DNA from: Methanobacteriota archaeon
GTDB taxonomy: Archaea; Thermoplasmatota; Poseidoniia; Poseidoniales; Thalassarchaeaceae
Direction of reading: 5' to 3'
Assembly (NCBI GenBank): GCA_002698225.1
Contig: NZWD01000004.1
Coordinates: 20,090-84,089 of the forward strand
DNA length: 64,000 nucleotides
Numbering within the stretch: the stretch's first letter is position 1; each line of letters begins with the position of its first letter. A model generated the notes under the pieces. The model did not search any database, was not told the origin of the DNA, and saw nothing but the letters and a program-made list of their open reading frames with translations. Below are positions 1 through 11,086 of this stretch, one piece after another. The translations under genes were made by a program, and so were the position numbers.

Positions 1-3000
1 ATGCTGAGCACCTGACTCAACTTCTGCGGAAGGCGGGCGAAGATCCCTTGGATCCCGGAGGGTACTTCATCATCAATGGGACTGAGAGAGTCCTAATCTC
101 GATGGAGGACCTAGCGCCTAACAGAGTCACCGTAGAGAAGAACAAGAAGTACGCCCACGAAACCGAGGTGGCGAAGATTTTCTCCCAGAGAGACGGAGTA
201 CGTAAGCCAATCAACATCGAGAAGCGCAGAGACGGTATGCTGATGGTGAAGATTCCCAGTGCTGGAACCACTCCAATACCAGTAGTACTCTTGATGCGTG
301 CTCTTGGGATGAGCAACGATCGCGAGATTTTCGCTTCGATTGCCGGACCCGTAGAGGCGATGAAGTACACCGTGGCGAATCTCAATGACGTCAAGGACAA
401 CGAAGAGTATGGAGTTGAGACTGAGGAGGAAGCGATATTGTGGTTGGAGAAGAAGTTCGCTGCCGGCCAACAGAAGGAGTACAGAGAGACTCGAATTCAG
501 AACTTGCTGGACAAGGAACTACTTCCTCATCTAGGAGATTCAGATGAGCACCGCCAGAAGAAGTCCATTTTCCTCGGCCGAATAGTCAGGCAGGTGCTCG
601 AGATGGCGATCTCAGACCGCGATCCGAATGACAAGGATCACTACGCCAACAAGCGAGTCAGACTGGCTGGCGATCTGATGGAAGATCTATTCAGGGTCAG
701 TATGCAGCAACTTTCTAGGGACCTCAAATACCAGTTAGAGAGGCACCACAACCGCAAGCGCGAGTTGAAGATTAACTCCTGCCTCAGGCCGGATGTACTC
801 ACATCCAAGATTATGCACGCTCTAGCTACCGGGAACTGGGTTGGGGGTCGTTCGGGAGTAAGCCAACTCCTCGACAGGACCACGTACATCGCAGCTCTAT
901 CTCATATGCGTAGAGTAACCAGCCCCTTGGTTCGCAGTCAGCCTCATTTCGAGGCTCGTGATCTTCACCCTACACAATGGGGTAGACTTTGCCCGAACGA
1001 GACCCCCGAAGGCCAGAACTGTGGTTTGGTGAAGAACGCTTCTCAGATGATTGATGTGTCAGAAGAAGTGCCTGAGGACGATGTGAAGGAACTTCTCGAA
1101 GAGGCGAATGTAAATTCGTCCCCAGAACAGTGGGCAGACGGATCGAGAATCCACGTCAACGGCGATATATTTGGCCTGCATAAGAGGCCATTAAAACTCG
1201 TTGAGAGAATCAAGAGGAGCAGACGCTCTGGTAGACTCAGGCCTGAAGTCAGTATCAGGCACGACACTGCCAACAGAGATGTATTCATTAATACCGATAG
1301 GGGAAGAGTCCTAAGGCCGTTGCTAGTCATCGAGCATGGTAGCCTAAACCTCAACAAGTTCCACCTCGAAGGCCTACGCTCAGGCGAACTTACATTCTCC
1401 GACTTGGTATCTTCGGGTGTTGTCGAATGGGTCGATGCTGAAGAGGAAGAAGACCTACTTGTAGCTCCACGCCCATTCGACCTACCTCTGATGTCTCCCG
1501 AGCACGGCAGACCAATCAATCCGGCTAAAGTCGAATGGCTAAACCTAGGAGAAGAGGAGATTTCCGAAGCCAAGCTGAGGGTCGAGGTACAACTCTCTAA
1601 CGGAACAACTGTCTTTGAGGAGTTTAACCAACCTCTCAACTACTATCAGGAAGATGTTGATTTATTGAAGAAGAAGGAGAAGAAGGACAATACGATACTG
1701 ATATTTACTCATGTGGAGATAGATCCGCAACTAATTCTCGGTGTATGCGCTTCCCTTGTCCCCTACCCTGAGCACAACTCTACACCAAGAGTCACTGGCG
1801 GTACTGCAATGGTCAAACAGAGCCTAGGACTACCAAGCTCAAACTACCGTCTGCGGCCAGATACAAGGGCGCATGTAATGCATTATCCGCAGCAATCTAT
1901 CGTAGGCACTCGTGCAATGGATTCGACCAATTTCAACACACGGCCGGGAGGGCAGAACTTCGTCGTCGCGATTATGAGCCAGCATGGTTACAATATGCAA
2001 GACGCTGTAATCATGAATCGCGCTTCAGTGGAGCGTGCACTCGGACGTTCGGCCTTCATCCGTACTTACAATGCCGAGAACAAGAGATTCCCAGGAGGCC
2101 AAGAGGAGCGTATTGAAGTTCCCGGCACCGGTCTCGATGAAGTCAAGGGCCTGAAGTCATTCGACAGCTACTCTCACTTAGAGCGAGACGGACTACCTAT
2201 CCCTGAGGAATTCCTCTCGACTCTCGATAAGTCGGAGAATTCGGTCCTAGTGGGTAAGACCAGCCCTCCGAGATTCCTCGAGGAAGCTCATGGCGCATTC
2301 CTCCAAGCCCAAGAGCGAAGGGAATCATCGATGCTCATCAGGCATGGCGAAGAGGGATGGGTCGACAATGTATTCGTTACCGAGTCGCTAGATTCTGGTC
2401 GCCTGGTTCGAATCACCATGAGAACTAACAAGATTCCAGAGTTGGGCGACAAGTTTGCTAGTCGCCACGGCCAGAAAGGTGTGATTGGCCGACTTGTCGA
2501 TGAGAAAGATATGCCCTTCACTGAAGATGGAGTTATTCCCGACCTCCTCATCAACCCTCACGCAATTCCATCTCGTATGACCGTGGCTCACGTTCTAGAG
2601 ATGATTGGAGGCAAGGTTGGTTCGATGGAAGGAAGAAAGATCGACGGCACTGCGTTCACCGGTGAGAAGGAAGATTCGCTTAGAGCTGGTCTGCTGAGGA
2701 ATGGATTCAACCATACTGGCCGTGAGTCGATGATAAATGGAGAGACCGGAGAAGGATACATTGCCGAAGTTTTCGCCGGAGTCATCTACTATCAGAGGCT
2801 GCACCACCTAGTAAGCAGCAAACTACACGCACGCAGCCGTGGAAGGGTACAGATTCTGACCCGTCAGCCCACCGAGGGCCGCGCACGCCAAGGTGGCCTA
2901 AGATTCGGAGAGATGGAGAGAGATTGCCTGATTTCTCACGGAGCCTCGATGGTAATCAAGGACAGGCTCTTGGACGAGTCTGATGGATGGGAAATGATGG

Positions 3001-3188
3001 TCTGCAACACTTCGGGCTGTGGCCACATAGCCTACTATGACTGGAAGCGAAGGACAACGGTCTGCCCTAATTGCGGAGAAAGGTCTGATGTCCACAAAGT
3101 ACAGACTTCGTACGCGTTCAAACTACTACTCGACGAGATGAAGAGTCTCGGAGTAGCCATGCGATTAGAATTGGAGGACCGAAGATGA
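1..3188 (+). CDS. rpoB: DNA-directed RNA polymerase subunit B (fused B''+B'), 5'-truncated by window edge
   Basis: Motifs GYFIINGTERV, ETPEGQNCGLVK, GDKFASRHGQKG, GGLRFGEMERD and a C-terminal Zn ribbon; frame is open from the window start. Confidence 0.98.
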   Translation, partial: AEHLTQLLRKAGEDPLDPGGYFIINGTERVLISMEDLAPNRVTVEKNKKYAHETEVAKIFSQRDGVRKPINIEKRRDGMLMVKIPSAGTTPIPVVLLMRALGMSNDREIFASIAGPVEAMKYTVANLNDVKDNEEYGVETEEEAILWLEKKFAAGQQKEYRETRIQNLLDKELLPHLGDSDEHRQKKSIFLGRIVRQVLEMAISDRDPNDKDHYANKRVRLAGDLMEDLFRVSMQQLSRDLKYQLERHHNRKRELKINSCLRPDVLTSKIMHALATGNWVGGRSGVSQLLDRTTYIAALSHMRRVTSPLVRSQPHFEARDLHPTQWGRLCPNETPEGQNCGLVKNASQMIDVSEEVPEDDVKELLEEANVNSSPEQWADGSRIHVNGDIFGLHKRPLKLVERIKRSRRSGRLRPEVSIRHDTANRDVFINTDRGRVLRPLLVIEHGSLNLNKFHLEGLRSGELTFSDLVSSGVVEWVDAEEEEDLLVAPRPFDLPLMSPEHGRPINPAKVEWLNLGEEEISEAKLRVEVQLSNGTTVFEEFNQPLNYYQEDVDLLKKKEKKDNTILIFTHVEIDPQLILGVCASLVPYPEHNSTPRVTGGTAMVKQSLGLPSSNYRLRPDTRAHVMHYPQQSIVGTRAMDSTNFNTRPGGQNFVVAIMSQHGYNMQDAVIMNRASVERALGRSAFIRTYNAENKRFPGGQEERIEVPGTGLDEVKGLKSFDSYSHLERDGLPIPEEFLSTLDKSENSVLVGKTSPPRFLEEAHGAFLQAQERRESSMLIRHGEEGWVDNVFVTESLDSGRLVRITMRTNKIPELGDKFASRHGQKGVIGRLVDEKDMPFTEDGVIPDLLINPHAIPSRMTVAHVLEMIGGKVGSMEGRKIDGTAFTGEKEDSLRAGLLRNGFNHTGRESMINGETGEGYIAEVFAGVIYYQRLHHLVSSKLHARSRGRVQILTRQPTEGRARQGGLRFGEMERDCLISHGASMVIKDRLLDESDGWEMMVCNTSGCGHIAYYDWKRRTTVCPNCGERSDVHKVQTSYAFKLLLDEMKSLGVAMRLELEDRR

Positions 3189-6100
3189 GCGCCCGTGATG
3201 CAGCCAAGATTCCTAAGAGGATTGAGTCAATCAAGTTCAGTTTGATGGATCCCAATGAGATTCGCAAGATGTCGTCAGTAGAGATCAAGACTGCTGACAC
3301 CTACAAGGATGATGGACACGCCTTCAAACAGGGTCTGATGGATCCCAAGATGGGAGTAATTGATCCAGGAATTCGCTGTGAGACCTGTGGCAACAAGCAC
3401 GATGAGTGCCCCAGTCACTTCGGACACATAGCGCTTGAACTACCAATCCTCCATATCGGCTTCACCAACCTAATCAAGACATCATTGAAGTCTACCTGTA
3501 ATACTTGTAGCAATGTGCTTCTGCACAGTTCACCTGAGACTCATCCTCTAGATCCTGAGAAATCTGAGCAGGATTACTATAGGGACCGCGTGCATGATAT
3601 CATGATTAAGCACGGAGTTGGGTCCAGAGAATTCAAGACCATAATCAAGGAGATAGAGAAGGAATGCTCCAGTAAGAAGAGAACTATCTGCATGCATTGC
3701 GGGTCTGAGCAGGGCAAGATTATCCTCGACAAACCTTCCACCTTCAAGGAGAAGAAGGCAGACAAGGGCGAACATAAGCTCAACGCTAGAGACATCAGAG
3801 AGTGGCTTGAGAGAATCCCCGACGAGCACCTAATCTTCCTAGGCATGGACAAGGACTCCAGCCGTCCAGAGTGGACCATCATGAAGGTCCTCCCCGTCCC
3901 TCCGATTACCGTCCGACCTTCAATCACCTTGGATAGCGGCGACCGCTCCGAGGATGACCTAACTCACAAACTCGTGGATGTCCTGAGGATTAATCAACGC
4001 CTACGTGAGAACCGTGACGCCGGCGCGCCACAGTTGATTGTAGAGGATTTGTGGGAACTCCTGCAGTACCACTGCACCACCTACTTCGACAACCAGACTA
4101 GTGGAATTCCTCCTGCAAGACACCGCTCAGGCCGCCCCCTGAAGACGCTTGCACAGCGTCTGAAGGGCAAGGAAGGACGCTTCCGTAGTAACTTGTCCGG
4201 TAAGCGTGTTAACTTCTGCGCTAGAACAGTCATAAGCCCCGATCCGAACCTTGGCATCAATGAGGTAGGGGTACCTGAGAAGACTGCCAAGGAGCTTACA
4301 GTACCTATTCGTGTTACTGGTCGCAATAGAGAGCAGCTGCGTCAGATGATTCTCCGAGGGCCAGATGTCCACCCTGGCGTTAACTACATCATGCGTGGAG
4401 ACAGTTTCAGAGTCAGAATAACTGACCGGACCAAGTACATATGGGCTGGATTCAGGTGCCTCAACCCTGAGTGTGACTCTGGTAGTGAGGATGAGCCATA
4501 TACCGGTTTCAGACCAGATCTCAATGAGGTATTGCCAGCACCCAATTTCCTACCTGGCCTTGAACTAATGAGGCAGAAGAGTCGGAATGCTATAGGAGAT
4601 CTCGAAGAAGAGTGGGGAGTCGACCTCGATGGCACCTTGAACAACCTCAGGGGCGAGGACTCAAGAGGCGCATCATTAGCAGATGACGATTCCAAGGCTA
4701 TCATCCATAACAGGTGGAAGTGGGAACATTCCAACCCTGATGATTTCTTCCCCGACCACCTCGAGGTCCACTGCCCTCACTGTGGCAGTCCTGAGATTGA
4801 AGACGAGTATGGCGGCTCATATCGCACTGAGATAGAAGATAGACTTAGCACCGTCGATAGAGATGGCAACCCCAAGCCAGGAGTGATTGTTGAGAGACAC
4901 CTGATTGATGGCGATGTCGCGATTTTCAATCGACAACCATCACTCCACAGGATGTCTATGATGGTACACGAAATCAGAGTCATGGCCGGCAAGACATTCA
5001 GATTCAATCTGGCAGATTGCACGCCATACAACGCCGACTTCGACGGTGACGAGATGAATCTGCATGTAATTCAGAGCGAGGAGGCCAGAGCAGAGGCCAA
5101 GATTCTGATGCGAGTGCAGGAGCACATCATCACGCCGAGATACGGCGGGAGCGTAATCGGTGGAATCCACGATCACATCTCAGGCGCATATCTCTTGACC
5201 AACGGTAACCGCATTCTGCCCAAGAGTCTCGTACTCGAGATTCTCGGTGCAATCGGTTGGGCAGGAGATCTTCCTGAGGAGGTCGAGAGCAATGGCATGA
5301 TAGGATACCGTGGCACGGATGTCCTTGGCCTAATCGTACCTTCAGGATTCAAGCTCAACTATACCAGCAGAGTAGGCGACGAAGTAACGGTCACGGAAGG
5401 AGATGTCTCTGGTACCATAGACAAGAGGGGAATCGGCGCTGAGGACGGACGCCTGCTCGATGCGGTGGTCCAGACTCACGGCTCGGATGCAGGAGCAGAG
5501 TTCCTCAACCGTATGACCAAGATGACAATCGCGATTTGTACTGCCATGGGCTTCACGACTGGCATAGATGACGAGGACCTACCGCCCGAGGCAAAGGCCG
5601 AAATCATTCAAATCAACGAGAGAGCCAGCCAAGAGGTGGACGATGAGTTGGAGAAGTTCGGCAAGGACGGCCGCAGATATGAGTCTAGACCAGGCCGCAC
5701 TCCATTAGAAACTCTAGAGGAAAACATTCTACAAATTCTAGACAAGGGTAAGGCAGAGTCCGGAGAGGTCGCGAAAGACCATCTTGGCTCAGACAATCCA
5801 GCTGTTATGATGGCTGTATCGGGTGCTAGAGGATCAATGGACAATCTGGCTATGATGGCCGGTTCTATTGGTCAGCCAAAGGTTCGCGGAAAGCGACTTG
5901 AGAGAGGCTATCAAGACCGTGTACTGTCTCACTTCCAGAGGGGCGTCAAGGGGGCCCGAGAGAAGGGATTCGTATCATCTTCGTTCAAGCGCGGCCTCGA
6001 GCCCACTGAGTTCTTCATGCTCTCAGTTTCTGGAAGGGAATCACTCGTTGACACTGCAGTAAGGACTAGCAAGTCTGGTTACATGCAGAGACGACTCATC

Positions 6101-6277
6101 AATGCCATGGACGATCTGAAGGTAGCTGACGATGGGATGAACTCGGTGCGTAATACGGCAAAGCGAATCATCCAGTTCGAATATGGAGAGGATGGGGTCG
6201 ACCCCGCCCGCAGCCGTAAGGGCTCTCCTATCGATGTGACCCAAGCACTCGACGACGCGCTTGGAGGTGAGAACTGA
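3185..6277 (+). CDS. rpoA1: DNA-directed RNA polymerase subunit A'
   Basis: Catalytic [10 protein letters not shown], clamp Cys motifs, [15 protein letters not shown]; ATGA overlap with rpoB. Confidence 0.98.
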   Translation: MSARDAAKIPKRIESIKFSLMDPNEIRKMSSVEIKTADTYKDDGHAFKQGLMDPKMGVIDPGIRCETCGNKHDECPSHFGHIALELPILHIGFTNLIKTSLKSTCNTCSNVLLHSSPETHPLDPEKSEQDYYRDRVHDIMIKHGVGSREFKTIIKEIEKECSSKKRTICMHCGSEQGKIILDKPSTFKEKKADKGEHKLNARDIREWLERIPDEHLIFLGMDKDSSRPEWTIMKVLPVPPITVRPSITLDSGDRSEDDLTHKLVDVLRINQRLRENRDAGAPQLIVEDLWELLQYHCTTYFDNQTSGIPPARHRSGRPLKTLAQRLKGKEGRFRSNLSGKRVNFCARTVISPDPNLGINEVGVPEKTAKELTVPIRVTGRNREQLRQMILRGPDVHPGVNYIMRGDSFRVRITDRTKYIWAGFRCLNPECDSGSEDEPYTGFRPDLNEVLPAPNFLPGLELMRQKSRNAIGDLEEEWGVDLDGTLNNLRGEDSRGASLADDDSKAIIHNRWKWEHSNPDDFFPDHLEVHCPHCGSPEIEDEYGGSYRTEIEDRLSTVDRDGNPKPGVIVERHLIDGDVAIFNRQPSLHRMSMMVHEIRVMAGKTFRFNLADCTPYNADFDGDEMNLHVIQSEEARAEAKILMRVQEHIITPRYGGSVIGGIHDHISGAYLLTNGNRILPKSLVLEILGAIGWAGDLPEEVESNGMIGYRGTDVLGLIVPSGFKLNYTSRVGDEVTVTEGDVSGTIDKRGIGAEDGRLLDAVVQTHGSDAGAEFLNRMTKMTIAICTAMGFTTGIDDEDLPPEAKAEIIQINERASQEVDDELEKFGKDGRRYESRPGRTPLETLEENILQILDKGKAESGEVAKDHLGSDNPAVMMAVSGARGSMDNLAMMAGSIGQPKVRGKRLERGYQDRVLSHFQRGVKGAREKGFVSSSFKRGLEPTEFFMLSVSGRESLVDTAVRTSKSGYMQRRLINAMDDLKVADDGMNSVRNTAKRIIQFEYGEDGVDPARSRKGSPIDVTQALDDALGGEN
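6263..6270 (+). promoter_or_regulatory. Shine-Dalgarno GGAGGTGA before rpoA2
   Basis: Archaeal consensus SD 6 nt upstream of ATG 6277. Confidence 0.7.
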
Positions 6278-7848
6278 TGGTAGTCAAGAGTGCCACTAAG
6301 AAGAAGCTCATGGACCTCGGCGTCTCTGAGGAGTACGCTCACAAACTCGCCGATGATCGCAAGTGGGACGATGTGAAGATACTGACATCAGGCCAGATAG
6401 CTCAGATTTGCGGTATAGACTCAGGTACCTCGCAAGAGATATTCAATGTCATGGCTGCTTCTGGCAAGCGCTCCCGGGCCGCCACCAAGACCGAGAAGAC
6501 GATAGTCAGGAGGAGGCCTGCATCTAGGCGGAGGAAGAAGAAGACTCTGCCGCTGCAGCAGTATGACTCAGAGTCTAAGATGAAAGAAATACTCAGAGAT
6601 ATTGATGTAGATGATCCAATTTACCAGCAACTCCGTGATGTTTCGATAGAGATGGATGCACCTATCACGCCTAGAGTTCTAGGGGATTTGATGGAGGGCC
6701 TTCGTGCTAGGGGTAAGACCAAACTGAGTAAGTCGGAAGCGAAGAAGGTGATTGAATCCTCGATGGCCTTGTTGGCGGTTTCAAGAGCCGACCCCTATGA
6801 GGCGGTGGGGATTACCACTGCCCAGTCCATTGGTGAGCCGGGAACTCAGATGACGATGCGAACATTCCACTATGCCGGCGTGGCCACTGTCAACGTCACT
6901 CAGGGTCTGCCTAGAGTCATCGAGATAGTCGATGCCCGAAAGGTACCGAAGACTCCGACCATGCTGATTTATCTCGACGAAACTAATTCCAAGGGCAAGC
7001 CGTTGAACACTGACGAGAAGGCTGTGCGTAAGATTGCAGCAGCTCTTGAGATGACGACCACTCTAGACATAGCTCAGCTTGATGTTGATGTGACCCAGCG
7101 CCACATCACGATGAAATTGATCAATAAGAATCTAAGAATCAAGGCGATGAACGGTGCAGAGGTCAGAGACAAACTCTCTCGTGCCCTAAGGCTGTACATC
7201 CAAGCCGACGACGAAGACCGCCCCAAGGTACTAACCATCATTCCGGGTGTAACGAAGGAGGATGATCTTGCTTCTCTAACCTCAGATCCGCCCACTTACA
7301 CTGCACTTCTACAGTTAGAGGAGAAAATCAAGAAGTTGAGATTGAAGGGACTTGCAGGCATCTCCCGAGCTAATATCCAAGGCCCAAGCAGAGACACCGG
7401 TGAGTACTACATTTCCACTATAGGATCCAACCTAGCCGTGGTCAGCGAGTTCGCGGGCGTAGACAGATCTAAGACCTACACCAACAATATCGAAGAAATC
7501 AACAAGTTCCTAGGTATCGAAGCTGCCAGGCAGGCAGTCATCAACGAGATGTCGGACACCCTTGAGGGAGCAGGCCTTGAGGTCGACATACGCCACTTGC
7601 TAACCGTCGCAGATGTAATGACCAGTGAGGGCAACTACCGCGCAATAGGCAGGCACGGAGTCAGCGGAACTAAGCACAGTATCTTGGCTCGTTCCGCCTT
7701 CGAGGTTACAGTTACTCATCTACTGCAAGCCGGCGTAATCGGCGAGCGTGACGAGTTGAGTGGAGTTACTGAGAATATCATAGTAGGACAGCCGGTATCT
7801 CTCGGTACTGGCAGCGTTGATTTGTTCTACATTCCACAGAATGTGTGA
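6277..7848 (+). CDS. rpoA2: DNA-directed RNA polymerase subunit A'' with N-terminal extension
   Basis: [21 protein letters not shown] (trigger loop), [16 protein letters not shown]. Confidence 0.97.
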   Translation: MVVKSATKKKLMDLGVSEEYAHKLADDRKWDDVKILTSGQIAQICGIDSGTSQEIFNVMAASGKRSRAATKTEKTIVRRRPASRRRKKKTLPLQQYDSESKMKEILRDIDVDDPIYQQLRDVSIEMDAPITPRVLGDLMEGLRARGKTKLSKSEAKKVIESSMALLAVSRADPYEAVGITTAQSIGEPGTQMTMRTFHYAGVATVNVTQGLPRVIEIVDARKVPKTPTMLIYLDETNSKGKPLNTDEKAVRKIAAALEMTTTLDIAQLDVDVTQRHITMKLINKNLRIKAMNGAEVRDKLSRALRLYIQADDEDRPKVLTIIPGVTKEDDLASLTSDPPTYTALLQLEEKIKKLRLKGLAGISRANIQGPSRDTGEYYISTIGSNLAVVSEFAGVDRSKTYTNNIEEINKFLGIEAARQAVINEMSDTLEGAGLEVDIRHLLTVADVMTSEGNYRAIGRHGVSGTKHSILARSAFEVTVTHLLQAGVIGERDELSGVTENIIVGQPVSLGTGSVDLFYIPQNV

Positions 7849-7857
7849 GGTATTTCT

Positions 7858-8154
7858 ATGGACATTGCAAGACATTTGAAGCAGGGAATGAGTACAGGTA
7901 GGATTGTCTTCGGGCAACGCCAGACTAGAAGCGCTTGTGCAAATGGCGACGCCAGATTGGTCGTCGTCGCAGCAAACTGCCCCCCTGACTACATCACAAC
8001 TCTTTCTGAGAGCCATCCTGATGTCCCTGTTCACCAGGTGCCTTTGGTTAATGGCCAGTTAGGCGCAGCCTGCGCAAAACCCTTCCCAGTCAGTGCGCTT
8101 TGCATTATTGACCCCGGCCAGAGTGACCTGTTATCACTATCATCCAACGTTTGA
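7858..8154 (+). CDS. rpl30e: 50S ribosomal protein L30e
   Basis: LVVVAANCP, LGAACAKPFPVSALCIIDPGQSDL; canonical position after rpoA2. Confidence 0.95.
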   Translation: MDIARHLKQGMSTGRIVFGQRQTRSACANGDARLVVVAANCPPDYITTLSESHPDVPVHQVPLVNGQLGAACAKPFPVSALCIIDPGQSDLLSLSSNV

Positions 8155-8233
8155 TCATCAAACCCTTGGGATTGACTTCCCTGCACTTGCGCCAAGCGCT
8201 CTATTCAAGTCCGTCTTACCATCGGCTAACAAT

Positions 8234-9169
8234 GTGGATGGCACTGTCAGAGACCTGTTAGCGGCCCGAGATGTAGTGCTCTCGCCGTCAGAAATACAGA
8301 GGATTCACGGTTTTAATTGCATAGGAATCGCCGAGAAGATCCCCGATCTATCTCTAACCTCGTCCTCACAGGTGCATGTTTGGCACATCACTGACGACCT
8401 TTACCCAGTGACCCCCTCAGAGGTTGAGAGGTGGATGGTAGATGCCCCCCCTGGTAAGCACTGGATTTTGAGTGAGAGGGAATTCGACTCATCACTCATT
8501 GAACAGTCAAATTCTCTGGAAGTAGTAGTTTGGGGGCCAGAGAGGATGGCGAGTTGGATTGGAGAGTCAGTACTATCAGGTGAACTGGGGACATTTCTTC
8601 AAACAGAGGAAGAGATCGAATCTCCTGTAATTAATATTGAGAATGCCTCTTCTGAGAACCAAACTGTGCGAACGCTCAGACCACTCGTCGAACTCAACAA
8701 TTGGTTGGAGCAGAGAGGCTGGGATGGCGCTAGAACCTCACCCGTGCTCCTATCTGCACGTTTATGGGATATTACGGGCACCCTTACGGGTCCGGATGAC
8801 CAGCCAGAGTCTGGGAATTGGCAAATAATTGAGGACCCGTGGGCTTCAACATACCAGATACACGAGGCTGAGCAGGTGTTGGGGAAATCTCCAGCTCTCA
8901 GGATAATGAAGCCCTCCTCTGGCTGGATGGCTGAGCGCGATAGTTTGCCTTCGGAAATGCTCAAACTGGCAGATCAGCGCAGACAGGGAGAGCCTGAGAC
9001 CAATGATGACGAGGTTAGCAGTATCATGCTTGAGTGGTGGAGGCTAGACCAATCTTCTGTCCAGGCCGAATTCTCTCAGTTAACAATTCCTGGATGGATC
9101 ATTTATCTCGAGGGCAATGAGTCGAAGTTGCTACATGGTAGAAACGGTAGACTGTACGAGTTCGATTAG
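8234..9169 (+). CDS. Hypothetical protein, N-terminal half resembles a degenerate Mrr/restriction-endonuclease-like fold
   Basis: Long ORF; GTG 8234 avoids overlap with rpl30e; pattern PVTPSEVERW...HWILSEREF...VVVWGPERMASWIG. Confidence 0.6.
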   Translation: MDGTVRDLLAARDVVLSPSEIQRIHGFNCIGIAEKIPDLSLTSSSQVHVWHITDDLYPVTPSEVERWMVDAPPGKHWILSEREFDSSLIEQSNSLEVVVWGPERMASWIGESVLSGELGTFLQTEEEIESPVINIENASSENQTVRTLRPLVELNNWLEQRGWDGARTSPVLLSARLWDITGTLTGPDDQPESGNWQIIEDPWASTYQIHEAEQVLGKSPALRIMKPSSGWMAERDSLPSEMLKLADQRRQGEPETNDDEVSSIMLEWWRLDQSSVQAEFSQLTIPGWIIYLEGNESKLLHGRNGRLYEFD

Positions 9170-10048
9170 TCAATTCCTGCGCAAAGCCATCAGTTCGTCA
9201 GTAGACAGTGTGTCTCCCGACATCAGCCTGGACATCAGATCCGTGACTTCGAGCTTCTCCTCATCGCCCGCGTCTTCTGACTTCTTATCTCTGGAATCCA
9301 TGGCTCTCATCATGTCCACGATGGAATGAATACACCTCAGAGAGACGATATATTGTGAGTGCAATGCATCCGCCTCTCTTTTGGATTTGTTCAACTCTCC
9401 ATGTGCTGAGTTTGCCTTCTCCCTGAGCCTATCAACCTCTTCAGACAATTCCACCATTAGGTCATGAGACTCCTGCGCTCTTCCAACTGAAATCTCAACG
9501 GATTTGTGAGCTTCCTCCTGTGAGGCCTCGGCAACTCTGACAGCATCCTTCAGTTCCCTCATTCCGCCACCGCCTCTCTCTTTCTCCGCGCTTTTTAGCG
9601 CCTCTGAGAGTTGCTTCATTTTCTTGTGATAATCGCGCTCTCTCTTGCCTAGGAACTGGCCGGTCATATACTGTTTTTCTAGCCTCTCCATGTCCGACCT
9701 TATCTTGCCTGGAGGGGGGCCTCTTGAACGCTTAGAGTTGGCTCCAGAATCTCCTTGCTCAGCGAGTTTTTCCCTGAGTTCATCACGAACCAACTTGAGA
9801 TGCTTAGATTTTTCAGCACGAATTTCCTTCAGTTCCTTGACTCTGCTATTGATTTCATCCCTAACGGACTTCTGTGACTGGACCTCATTGATGAGCTCCT
9901 TTACTTGACGATTAACCTCATTTCTCTCGTCTAGGTGTTGTCTTACCTCTGCATTCCAATGGTCTCTCTCGTCCTTGTTCAATTCGGACTTCTGGACCAT
10001 AGTCTCAGATAGTGGCTGGAGAATAAGCCGGACTTCGTCAAATTCCAC
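9170..10048 (-). CDS. Archaeal coiled-coil protein (COG1340-like), paralogue 1
   Basis: Heptad-rich; N-terminal ERDHWNAEVR..ERNEVN; hinge MERLEKQYMTG; C-terminal SGDTLSTDELMAL typical of the family; SD GAGGTGA upstream. Confidence 0.85.
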   Translation of the reverse strand: MEFDEVRLILQPLSETMVQKSELNKDERDHWNAEVRQHLDERNEVNRQVKELINEVQSQKSVRDEINSRVKELKEIRAEKSKHLKLVRDELREKLAEQGDSGANSKRSRGPPPGKIRSDMERLEKQYMTGQFLGKRERDYHKKMKQLSEALKSAEKERGGGGMRELKDAVRVAEASQEEAHKSVEISVGRAQESHDLMVELSEEVDRLREKANSAHGELNKSKREADALHSQYIVSLRCIHSIVDMMRAMDSRDKKSEDAGDEEKLEVTDLMSRLMSGDTLSTDELMALRRN

Positions 10049-10108
10049 TATCTCACCTCATCGCCCTCGAACAGGATTCCTCATTTAGGCGTGATGGAAG
10101 CGTCGATG

Positions 10109-11086
10109 CTACTCATCAACCTCCCTCTTAGCGGCGAGAGAACCTCTGCGAGCACCACCTCTAGTGACACCTAGACGCATACCCTTACGCTTCGTCCTCT
10201 TATGTTCAGACTCGACCTTGGATGACGATGACTCATCTTTCGACTCAGTTAGTTCACTCAACTTGGCAGAGCCCAGAAGTGTCTCTAGTTCACTGACATC
10301 CAGAGTACCGCCAGTTTGAGCTCTCTCCTTGATGTCTGATAGCTTGATTGGTCGGCCACCTATGGTGGTTGCCTTCTGGTAGGTCTTGACTCTTCCCAGA
10401 CTGCTCCTTATCTGCTTTCTTTCGGACTTGAGGCGATCTAGTTGCTTGTCTATCTTGCTTATTCTCTTGCTGATTTTCCTGATTTCCGATCTAGATATTC
10501 CGGATTGACTATCAGACTCATCAGATTCTCCTTGTTCGGAGTTTGTTGCAGATTTCTTCGTCTCGTCGAGTTGTGAAGTGATTTCACGCATTCGCTTTAT
10601 CTGCTTGACATATTCCTTGTGAAAACTCTCAGATTCACCTTTCATTGCAATTGCAGACTGCAACTCAAAGAATCGTGAGAAGGAATCCAATTCCCTGGCG
10701 AGAGTTGGAACAGTAGTGAGGTCATTATCTAGGGTAGTCAGTCTACTATGAGTATCGCTCAACCATTCGCATAGTACCTCGATAGGAGGGGGAATTCTAC
10801 TATTCACCTCATCTCTCCCTCTACGGGCTTTATCCGCAGCCTTCCTGACAGAATGGAATTTCCCCAGCAAGACCCTCCTTGCACCACTCACCTGCTCCAT
10901 CTCGCCAACAGCGGTACGAATTGAGCGAACTAGGCTGACTTGATTGCGACGCTCGCCACGCAAGTCTGAATGCTGCCTCTCAACGGATTTTAGATTTCGA
11001 TCTAAGTCCTTTCTCATTCCCTCGATTTCAAAATGATCCATTTCCTCCAAATCTTCGAAGTGTCTAGAGTCAGGAGATTTACTCAT
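10109..11086 (-). CDS. Archaeal coiled-coil protein (COG1340-like), paralogue 2
   Basis: Coiled coil with RDEVN, PPP hinge, C-terminal TGGTLDVSELETLL and basic tail. Confidence 0.75.
   Translation of the reverse strand: MSKSPDSRHFEDLEEMDHFEIEGMRKDLDRNLKSVERQHSDLRGERRNQVSLVRSIRTAVGEMEQVSGARRVLLGKFHSVRKAADKARRGRDEVNSRIPPPIEVLCEWLSDTHSRLTTLDNDLTTVPTLARELDSFSRFFELQSAIAMKGESESFHKEYVKQIKRMREITSQLDETKKSATNSEQGESDESDSQSGISRSEIRKISKRISKIDKQLDRLKSERKQIRSSLGRVKTYQKATTIGGRPIKLSDIKERAQTGGTLDVSELETLLGSAKLSELTESKDESSSSKVESEHKRTKRKGMRLGVTRGGARRGSLAAKREVDE

Noticed and set aside
4435-4875. Intein in RpoA'
   Set aside because: No N-terminal C/S block, no C-terminal HN followed by C/S/T, no LAGLIDADG motifs
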